Source: Lobosporangium transversale
Lineage: Eukaryota
Reading direction: 5' to 3'
DNA: 52,590 nt
NCBI RefSeq assembly: GCF_002105155.1
Contig: NW_019029000.1
Span: 620,001-672,590 of the forward strand
Of this stretch, positions 1-9,337 are shown piece by piece. Made by a program: the position numbers and the translations under genes. Numbering within the stretch: the stretch's first letter is position 1; each line of letters opens with the position of its first letter. The notes under the pieces are model-generated. The model had not been told where the DNA came from and did no database searches. It saw nothing but the letters and a program-made list of their open reading frames with translations.

Positions 1-319
1 TCTTGGGATGAGGAAAAAGAGCGCGCATTCGCTGCCTTGAAGAGCGCCATCACCAAGGCCCCGGTACTTAGGATATTCGACCCTGACCTGCCCACAACAG
101 TAGAAACAGACGCCTCAGGATTCGCCATAGGAGCTGTGTTGTTTCAAACAGATGAACACGGTGAGTCCCGGCCCGTAGGGTTTACATCCAAGAAACTTAG
201 CCCTGCCGAGAAGAACTACCCAACACACGAACAGGAGCTGCTAGCTGTCGTACATGCACTCAAAACATGGCGCTACTACCTCGATGGCACACATTTCGTC
301 CTATACACCGATCATGCTA
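1..319 (+). mobile_element. Ty3/Gypsy pol fragment (RT connection/RNase H), cut by Tc1 copy A1
   Basis: Translation APVLRIFDP..ETDASGFAIGAVL..KLSPAEKNYPTHEQELLAVVHALKTWRYYL..YTDH is the Ty3-type RNase H signature. It ends at TA 318-319, where the Tc1 TIR begins. Confidence 0.93.
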
Positions 320-1922
320 CAGTGGTCATCAAAAGTCATTCAATGATTTTGAATTTTTAACATTCTCATTCCTTTTCTTCATTCTCATCTAGCATGTGGC
401 TAGTATATTTGGGGTAGTGCATTTGTTCCCCACACCTCATGATTACTTTCATGTCTCATTCCTAATTATGACTTCATTGTGAAATAAAACCAATTTCAAT
501 TTGACCTGCCTATTGAATGACTTCTGCTGAATTTCAATGTTGATTGCAAAAAAAACTTTTTCACTTCTCTTTTTTCTACCAAGATTACCTTCAGCTATAT
601 CTTCATACACCTCTACTTACAATTAACATTCCACATCGTTTAGTATTTATTATGAGGACGCTTTCTATGGAAAAGGTACAAAATGCTCAGGCCTTACTTC
701 GACAAGGGAAGTCTACAAGCGAAGTGGCAAGGCAACTTGGTATCTCTATTTCATCGGCAATAAGGATCAGGAGGGACGTCATGGACAATATTCCTAAACC
801 CAGAATGGGCAGACCCTCATTGGTTTCCCCTGCTACCAAGAGGGTTATTGCACGCGAGGTTGATACGGGGAAACTTAGATCCATTCTGGCAGTTCAAGAA
901 TACATCAGATCGAGCCATGGAGTGCATGTCAGTGTAGAGACTGCCCGACGCTATGTAAAATCAGAGGGTTTGAAAAACTATGGCCGCCCATTCAAGCCTA
1001 GGCTGACAAAAATGCAGATTGCGAAAAGGAAGAATTTTGCCCTCAACCACCTTGACTGGACTGTTGATGACTGGAAGCGAGTGATGTTCTCGGACGAAAA
1101 GCTTTTTGAAAGGCTAGGGTCCTTAGGAGGAAGAACACAATATAGGCGACCCGGCCACAGGACTTTAGAAGATCGAGATGTTAGAGAGAGATCAAGGGGA
1201 GCACATAACAAACTTATGTGGTGGGGCTGTATCACTTATCATGGTGTAGGCGATGGTTGCAGGATCCCTGTCACAGTTGATTCCTCTTTATATGTTGATG
1301 TTCTACAAGATTATGTCCTCGGCTCATGGAAGTGGTATGGCCAGGACCCTGAAAAGTTAATTTTTCAGCAGGACAATGCAAGTGCTCATACGAATAGGAT
1401 GGTTAAAGAGTTCTTAATTAAGTCACACATTACCACTTTGGAGTGGCCTCCAAATTCTCCTGACCTCAGCCCTATCGAAAATGTATGGGCCTACATGGAT
1501 CAGCGGCTCAAGGGATATGAGAAGGTACCAAAGGATCGGATGAACTATGGGAAAGACTACAGGATATCTGGACATCTATTCTACCTGACTTCCTTGATGA
1601 GCTATATGAAAGTATGCCACGAAGGGTAGAGGAGCTACATCGCATGAAAGGATCTCGTACACATTGCTGAAGAACAGAAAAAAAAAACAAATAAAGCAAA
1701 GCTGCTGATTTTCTTCAAATGTCATTCAATGAGATGCCAATAATTGGCATTCATCTAAATTTTCAATTAGCAACAGGAGCTCATTGACATTGTAGTAGGA
1801 GTGACGTTGTCGATGGTCAAACTCGCTACGTAAGTTTCATTAGCGACAAGCAAGATCAAATTGGAGAAAGGAATGAGAATGTCGAAATTCCTAATTCATT
1901 GAATGACTTTTGATGGCCACTG
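320..1922 (+). mobile_element. Tc1-like DNA transposon, family A copy 1 (DD34E, frameshifted)
   Basis: TIR CAGTGGTCATCAAAAGTCATTCAATGA at 320 and its reverse complement (1 mismatch) ending at 1922. TA on both sides (318-319, 1923-1924). 1603 bp, near-identical to 17104-18706. Confidence 0.95.
652..1670 (+). pseudogene. Tc1 transposase A1, 1-bp deletion near C-terminus
   Basis: ATG at 652. HTH, FSDE, QQDNA and WPPNSPDLSPIE motifs (D-34-E). 'aaggatcggatg' here versus 'aaggatctggatg' in copy A2 shows a frameshift at ~1538. Confidence 0.9.
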
Positions 1923-1924
1923 TA

Positions 1925-2560
1925 GAAGCAATATCAGGGTGCATGTTGGTGGCGGTGTTTGGTGAGGATTGAGGGAGTTTAACTGTGGCAAGATAAATCT
2001 CACTGCCCGGCTGTGCTGCGACAGTTTGGAAATGCATGTGGCTCATAAGTAATCCACGAGACTTAGCTGTAATAGAGTTAGCTTGGAATCCTCTACATGA
2101 CCAGCGCACGGTATTGCCATGTGAAGTAAAGTGAAGATCATTGGTGCGCCAGTCAATGTAAGGGTTGATAGCGGTGAGCCAGGGCTTGCCAAGAATAAGG
2201 TCGTAGTGCTTGAGTGGATAGACGAGTGGATTAAGGGTGTCGGAGTAAGTGTCACGCTCAAGAGTGATGGAAGCAGTGTGTTGGGAGATGGAGCGGTCGC
2301 CGTTAGGAAGAATGATTGGAATGGGTGAACAGGACTGTAGAGGAATGGAGTGCTGCTTTTGGAATGAGGAGCCAATGACATAGCCCTCGGCACCGCCATC
2401 AATTAAGATTCTGGCGGGGCGACCATTGACAGCACCAAGGAATGTACAGTGGCTTCCAATATTGTCCAAGTGTTTCATTCTTCCAAAGGAAAACTATAAG
2501 TGTTCAACAGTGAGCAGCGCTTGTGCCCTTGGATCCTAGATGGGAGCAACCTGGAAGACA
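1925..2560 (-). mobile_element. Ty3/Gypsy aspartic protease fragment (degenerate)
   Basis: ARILIDGGAEG and YDLILGKPWLTAINPYIDW are retropepsin motifs. Two in-frame TAG stops lie upstream of the ORF. Cut at TA 1923-1924 by A1. Confidence 0.88.
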
Positions 2561-2562
2561 TA

Positions 2563-3538
2563 CTTTATTTACTCAAAACCTATTAGCGCTCCTGCTTGTT
2601 TCTGATAGCTTTTCACTACTTTGAAATTTTCCTCTCATTTGGACAATTTTTTAACCAGCGGTTTTTTTCACCTATCAAAATCTTGTATTGCCCCCTTTCG
2701 CCCTTATGACTGCTAACATCCGCTCAGGCATACTTCTTATCAGATTGCGGCAGACCTCCTTCGGTGTCTCCTCTCCCCATATCTGGCTCACTCTTTCCCA
2801 GAGTTCCAGCATGCCTTCTGGAATGGTCCCATGTTCGCGAATTTTTTTTTTTAGATGATCCCACAAATGCTCAATAGGGTTTAGGTCTGGTGAATTGGTA
2901 GGCCATGTCAGTATTCTACCTGACGCTCTTGTCAATCCAATAGAGGCAAGGTAGGTTGTGACTCTCTTAGCCGGATGCTTAGAATCATTGTCTTGTTGGA
3001 AGATAAATTGCTCTGGGTCAATGTTGTACCAATCCACAGTATTCAATAGCTCGTCCTGGAGGATACGAATATACAGCTCGGAGTCCAGCGTGGAGTCGAT
3101 CTTGGCCAAGTAGCCTGGCCCATCCCACGTCATGCAGCCCCAAACCATGATCGAACCACCACCATGTTTGACTGTGGGCGAAACTAACTTTGGGTCAATA
3201 TCGGCCGCCTTCACCTTTGGTTCCTTATTTGTTTCCACCCAAACATAGCGCATGCCATCAGAAGATATCCTACAAATTTTGGACTCATCGGACCAAATTA
3301 CTCGCTTCCAATCAGCTTCGGTCCAGTCTTTGTGCTGGAGAGCAAAGTCCAGACGAGCTTTCTTTTGACGTTTTGTTAGCCTAGGCTTCTTGACGGCTTT
3401 TTTAGCTTCCAGGCCTATATCTCTCAGCGCCCGACGCACCGTAATAGCTGACACCGGATCTTCGTTCTCAACGTTATAGAGTCTGGTAGCATCGACAGCT
3501 GATGAGATTATACCACGGTGAAGCAACAATCGAATATA
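2563..3538 (-). mobile_element. Tc1-like transposon family B, 5'-truncated (DD39E transposase, CDS remnant 2675-3538)
   Basis: WKRVIWSDESK, VKHGGGSIMVWGC, FQQDND and WPTNSPDLNPIEHLW motifs. The N-terminus is replaced by the C1 TIR at TA 3537-3538. The 3' end at 2563 is inferred only from TA 2561-2562 and the apparent end of the Gypsy frame. Confidence 0.85.
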
Positions 3539-5141
3539 TGGTGCGTGCCAAAACTGATGCAATAATTTGCATTTTTTAACATTCATTCCTCATTCTCCTT
3601 TTCCTTTCTAATGATCTTCCCTACCATCACCGCTTCTCATTCTCATTTGTCTCACCTTCGTAGACTGTCATCGCTGTTCTCATCAATGACGCAATTAGCG
3701 AATAATCGCCATTTGTATAGTCATGTCTCATTGCATCAGTTTTGGTAAAAAGTACATGTCAGGTTTGTCCATCCCTTACTTCTTTCTTATTCTTTATTCT
3801 TTCTTTATAGCACCATCACCACTGATACACCAAGCGACACTCTACATATCTGCCATATCTTTATCATAACATGAAATCATTATCCAAATCAACTATCCAA
3901 AATGCAACTGCTCTACTTCATCAGGGAAAGTCTTCCAGAGAAGTGTCAAAGAGTTTAGGGATATCTGTTACCTCAGCTCAAAGGATTAGGAAAAGAGGCA
4001 AAGAATGTATTCCAGTGCTGAGAGGGGGCCGACCCTGCAAAGTCACTAAGAAAACGAAACAGCTTTTATCAAGATTTTTTGACATGGATGTATTGGAGAC
4101 CCTAAAAGATGGCCAACAACTTGTTCAATTGAGGGAAGGAGTGCAAGTTAGTAAATCGAGTATCAGGAGGTTACTTATGCAGGATGATATGGGGGCATAT
4201 GAAAAATAGAAGCAGCCTGATCTGACGAAGAAGCAAATCTATGTTCGATATAATTTTGCAAAGGATCACTTGGACTGGACTCTAGAAGACTGGAAGAACG
4301 TCATGTTCTCAGATGAGACCATCTTTAGCAGAGTTGGGTCCTGCGGAAGAAAGTACTACTACAAGCATCGATGGGATAAAGCTCTACGAGCACATCATAT
4401 CAAAAAGACAAGGCAAGGCGGTGGAGGCAAAATGATGTTCTGGGGTTGTATAACTTACTACGGACCAGGCGATGGCTGCTGGCTCCAAGAGAAGGTGGAT
4501 TCGGTAACATACGTCGACGTTCTCAAGGATTATATCTTTAAGTCCAGGGATTACTACTTGATGGATAAGGACAAATTTATATTTCAGCAGGACAATGCTA
4601 GGATTCATACCGGAAGAATAGCAATGACCTATATCCAAAAGTCTAAGATACCTCTCATGGAATGGCCAGCAAACTCTCCTGACATCAACCCAATAGAAAA
4701 CATATGGGCATACATGAAGGTGCAGTTGGATCATTATCCAGACAAGGCAAAGAATATGGAGGATCTCTGGGAGAGAGTCCAAGACGTATGGACACATATC
4801 CCTCCTGAATTCTTACACAAACTATACTGCGGTATGCCGAAGAGGATGAGGGAGTTATATAAGGCTAAAGGAGGGAACATCGTTAGGGGAAAGGAGAAGT
4901 AACAGGAATAAATAAAAACAAGAAGTTGTTAATTGCCATAATAGAGGCAATGAGATGCTGAAAGCAAATTGCAATTAAATGCTAATTAGGCCACTGATGG
5001 CGATGACGATGAGACTCCATGGAGGTGAGACAAATGAGAATGAGAAACGGTGGTGGCAGGGAAGATCATAAAGAGGAAGAAGGAGAATGAGGAATGAATG
5101 TTGAAAAATGCAATTTATTGCATCAGTTTTGGCACGCACTA
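3539..5141 (+). mobile_element. Tc1-like transposon family C copy 1 (DD34E, long imperfect TIRs ~200 bp)
   Basis: Ends are TGGTGCGTGCCAAAACTGATGCAATAA and TATTGCATCAGTTTTGGCACGCACTA, flanked by TA at 3537-3538 and 5142-5143. Inverted similarity extends ~180-200 bp inward. Confidence 0.93.
3871..4902 (+). pseudogene. Tc1 transposase C1 with in-frame TAG at 4207-4209
   Basis: ORFs 3871-4209 and 4270-4902 are in the same frame, separated by one stop. FSDE, QQDNA and WPANSPDINPIE motifs (D-34-E). Confidence 0.92.
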
Positions 5142-5230
5142 TAATAATTAAGAGAGACAAAAGATGATTTTATTATAATTATTAAAACAAGCCTTTTTGT
5201 AGGCTTAAGGCTATATACTGTCACAGCATA

Positions 5231-6645
5231 TCATTGCCTCTATTATGGCAATTAACAACTTCTTGTTTTTATTTATTCCTGTTACTTCTCCTTTCCCCTA
5301 ACGATGTTCCCTCCTTTAGCCTTATATAACTCCCTCATCCTCTTCGGCATACCGCAGTATAGTTTGTGTAAGAATTCAGGAGGGATATGTGTCCATACGT
5401 CTTGGACTCTCTCCCAGAGATCCTCCATATTCTTTGCCTTGTCTGGATAATGATCCAACTGCACCTTCATGTATGCCCATATGTTTTCTATTGGGTTGAT
5501 GTCAGGAGAGTTTGCTGGCCATTCCATGAGAGGTATCTTAGACTTTTGGATATAGGTCATTGCTATTCTTCCGGTATGAATCCTAGCATTGTCCTGCTGA
5601 AATATAAATTTGTCCTTATCCATCAAGTAGTAATCCCTGGACTTAAAGATATAATCCTTGAGAACGTCGACGTATGTTACCGAATCCACCTTCTCTTGGA
5701 GCCAGCAGCCATCGCCTGGTCCGTAGTAAGTTATACAACCCCAGAACATCATTTTGCCTCCACCGCCTTGCCTTGTCTTTTTGATATGATGTGCTCGTAG
5801 AGCTTTATCCCATCGATGCTTGTAGTAGTACTTTCTTCCGCAGGACCCAACTCTGCTAAAGATGGTCTCATCTGAGAACATGACGTTCTTCCAGTCTTCT
5901 AGAGTCCAGTCCAAGTGATCCTTTGCAAAATTATATCGAACATAGATTTGCTTCTTCGTCAGATCAGGCTGCTTCTATTTTTCATATGCCCCCATATCAT
6001 CCTGCATAAGTAACCTCCTGATACTCGATTTACTAACTTGCACTCCTTCCCTCAATTGAACAAGTTGTTGGCCATCTTTTAGGGTCTCCAATACATCCAT
6101 GTCAAAAAATCTTGATAAAAGCTGTTTCGTTTTCTTAGTGACTTTGCAGGGTCGGCCCCCTCTCAGCACTGGAATACATTCTTTGCCTCTTTTCCTAATC
6201 CTTTGAGCTGAGGTAACAGATATCCCTAAACTCTTTGACACTTCTCTGGAAGACTTTCCCTGATGAAGTAGAGCAGTTGCATTTTGGATAGTTGATTTGG
6301 ATAATGATTTCATGTTATGATAAAGATATGGCAGATATGTAGAGTGTCGCTTGGTGTATCAGTGGTGATGGTGCTATAAAGAAAGAATAAAGAATAAGAA
6401 AGAAGTAAGGGATGGACAAACCTGACATGTACTTTTTACCAAAACTGATGCAATGAGACATGACTATACAAATGGCGATTATTCGCTAATTGCGTCATTG
6501 ATGAGAACAGCGATGACAGTCTACGAAGGTGAGACAAATGAGAATGAGAAGCGGTGATGGTAGGGAAGATCATTAGAAAGGAAAAGGAGAATGAGGAATG
6601 AATGTTAAAAAATGCAAATTATTGCATCAGTTTTGGCACGCACCA
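5231..6645 (-). mobile_element. Tc1-like family C copy 2, inverted, lacking its 3' TIR; transposase pseudogene 5282-6313
   Basis: Reverse complement of 3539-4953 (1415 bp) with identical translations and the same premature stop. The 5' TIR ends at 6645, followed by TA. Confidence 0.93.
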
Positions 6646-6757
6646 TATGTGGGCTGGACGGCTGCAATTAAACGAAATATGCAGCAGCGGTTATGACGGG
6701 CCCTCAATAAGTATGTGTGTAGGACCGATTTAAAAGCGCTATCGCCTTTGTCTAAAG

Positions 6758-7185
6758 GGTAAGTGGATAATGATGGCTTCATTCATAAAGAATGAACCAT
6801 TGTAAAAATTTCTCAAGGAACGGGTATAATGCTTTTTTTAAAAAAGACAAAATTTCATCCACTTGATTGGTATTCGATTTAATTCTTCAGATTCGTACCG
6901 GCTGATCCTCCTGAATATGCAGCTTCGGTGTCGATTTTTATGACACACTGTCTTACATGTTTTACGCATTTATATGGATCCTTGACGACCGTATTTCTGG
7001 TGGTAAGAAAGTTCTGAACTTTAAAGTCGTCATATACGTCTCCTGGCACCACAAAATAGAGGAAAATATCATCACTTCCCTTCGACTTTGATTGGTCTCC
7101 CTTCGACTTTGAGCGGTCTCCCTTCGACTTTGATCGGTCCCCCTTCGACTTTGATTGGTCTCCCTTCAAGCAGGGTCCAGTAATA
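6758..7185 (-). pseudogene. 3' fragment of Crinkler gene (last ~100 codons, stop at 6879, plus 3' UTR)
   Basis: Reverse complement of 11536-11963. Truncated at TA 7184-7185 by Tc1 copy D. Confidence 0.93.
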
Positions 7186-8816
7186 CACTATCATGCAAAA
7201 CTGAAAGTATAATTCATTCCCATGTCCATTTCTTTTTCTCATTCCTAGAAACCGTATATGCATACACCACTCACACTTTGGTTTAATAAAGCTCCCGTCT
7301 TCTTCTACGTCATAGTTATGCGCTGTGGCATTAGCTTGTCTCATTTAGAAAGTTAATGACTTTTTTGTTCATGCAGGTCCCTCTTTCAGTTTTGCATGTG
7401 CTCATTCGATGGCCGAAGATCTTTATTCTTTTGTAAGCCATATCCTTACATCAATAGATAGTATTCCAACCATGGGTGTCACTGACAGCTTGGAGTGTCT
7501 TATGAATACTTATGATGAGTTTGCGCCAGAAGTCCACTGGGATTCTATATCATTCAACAGATATTCGCTCCCATAGTTCATCACAACTCTTAGCTCGCTC
7601 CGGATATCTAGAGAGCCGCCTATCCAATTCTACCCACATGTGTTCAATAGGGTTGAGGTCAGGGGATTGTGCTGGCCACTCTAGAAGTGTACCTTCCTCT
7701 TCTGTCAGATGTACTGACTCCAAATACTTCCTAACAATCTTCGCCGTGTGCTTCGAGTCATTGTCGTGCTGAAAGACGATATCGCTTTTAGTTAAGCCCC
7801 AGTCATCAAGCGACATCTGTAGATCCTCCTGGAGTAGTTTGATGTAGAGTTGTGCGCCCATATTATTGTCAATCTTTGCAATGTATCCAGGTCCGAACCA
7901 TGAGAAGCATGGCCACACATTAACGTTACCACCCCCAAACTTGACAGTGCCTTGCACCGACCTGCGAGTGAGGCGTCCCGGAGTGTCGTCCCAGATCCAC
8001 TGTACGCCATCAGAACAGATTCGGTTTATTTTTGATTCATCTGACCAAATAACCTTTTTCCAATCTTCCAGATTCCATTCCTTATACTTGTTGAGAAAAT
8101 GCAAACGGGCTTTAATATGTCTTCGCCGCAGAGCTGGCCTACGTACACGCCTCTTTGCTGTCAATCCTAACTCCTTGAGCCGTCGTCTAACGGTGGTCTC
8201 AGAAACAGCCGCTGGTATGAGCTGGTTGGCTCTGACGGTGGCCTCAACTGCAGACTTGAGTGTACCTCGTTTCATGTTCACCTTAAGATACTGCGTGATA
8301 TCTATAGGTAATTTCCTTGGTCGACCACCTTTATTAACTGGCATGTACTCTTCATTCTTTGCATAGATCTTGTTGGCCGTCCATTGTGATATACCAACAC
8401 TAGCAGCAGCTTCTCTAGTAGACATGCCTGCCATCATTAACCTCCTGGCTTCGTTGACTTTCCTTTGTGGAGTGGGTCTCATATTCTATGAAGGTGTAGT
8501 TAAGAGAGAGTTAAGCAAGTGTTCATAAAGGAAACAGAGAAAGTCCTTCTTTTATTCGCATTTAATGACGACCAGATGTTGTCATGGGCAACATTTGAGA
8601 CCACATGCAAAACTGAAAGAGAGACCTGCATGAACAAAAAAGTCATTAACTTTCTAAATGAGACAAGCTAATGCCACAGCGCATAACTATGACGTAGAAG
8701 AAGACGGGAGCTTTATTAAACCAAAGTGTGAGTGGTGTATGCATATACGGTTTCTAGGAATGAGAAAAAGAAATGGACATGGGAATGAATTATACTTTCA
8801 GTTTTGCATGATAGTG
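7186..8816 (-). mobile_element. Tc1-like transposon family D (DD39E, 215-bp near-perfect TIRs)
   Basis: 7186-7400 is the reverse complement of 8602-8816 (one mismatch seen). Starts CACTATCATGCAAAACTGAAAG. TA at 7184-7185 and 8817-8818. Confidence 0.95.
7451..8482 (-). pseudogene. Tc1 transposase D with premature TGA at 7550-7552
   Basis: HTH, WSDESK, FQHDND and WPAQSPDLNPIE motifs. After ERISVE* the frame continues YRIPVDFWRKLIISIHKTLQAVSDTHGWNTIY*, i.e. the conserved W became a stop. Confidence 0.9.
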
Positions 8817-9337
8817 TATATCCAAAAAACCCCTTAGTGCATGTTACCCATATAGGCACATTTTCTATAAAGCAAACCCTTGTTTTAGAAATCAGTTGTA
8901 ATAAAAAACAACACCTCGTAACCAAAAAAAAGGTTTGTTATTTGATGGAAGCTTTTAGATTGCTGGAGGGATTCCGTGTTGCTGAGGGATAGCAATAGAA
9001 CGATTTTCACATAATAATCTTGCCAATAAAAAAGGGTTGTCAAATAACAGTGAGCTTGGGGTTGTCAAATAGATTAATTCAAGATTGTCACGTCACAATG
9101 ACCCAGAAAATAGCACGTGGCTATTTGAAAAAAATATTTTCTCACACATCGCCTAACCTTAAAATAAAGGATTAAATTTATCTTTCCTTTCCTTTTTTTT
9201 TTTGCCTTACACATTTTTCATTTTTGTTTTCATACAGCGACCACGAGTGTGAAAGAGTATAGAATATACCTTCGCCTATTTAACCATCATTCTCCCTGCA
9301 TTTCAACCACACTCAGTCCCACTCATCTTAATTTTCA

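Noticed and set aside
544..651. N-terminal extensions of ORF-track proteins (544, 3586, 18694, 21627, 39836, 50138 starts)
   Set aside because: They come from TTG/GTG starts or read-in from adjacent TIR/UTR sequence, not from the true proteins.
5142..5230. 89-bp spacer as the missing 5' part of transposase B or as an LTR piece
   Set aside because: No transposase-like frame, and too short to assign although it looks LTR-like.
4384..5800. 137-aa ORFs and other short antisense/overlapping ORFs in transposases, CRNs and pol
   Set aside because: Shadow frames of real coding sequence, repeated only because the DNA is duplicated.
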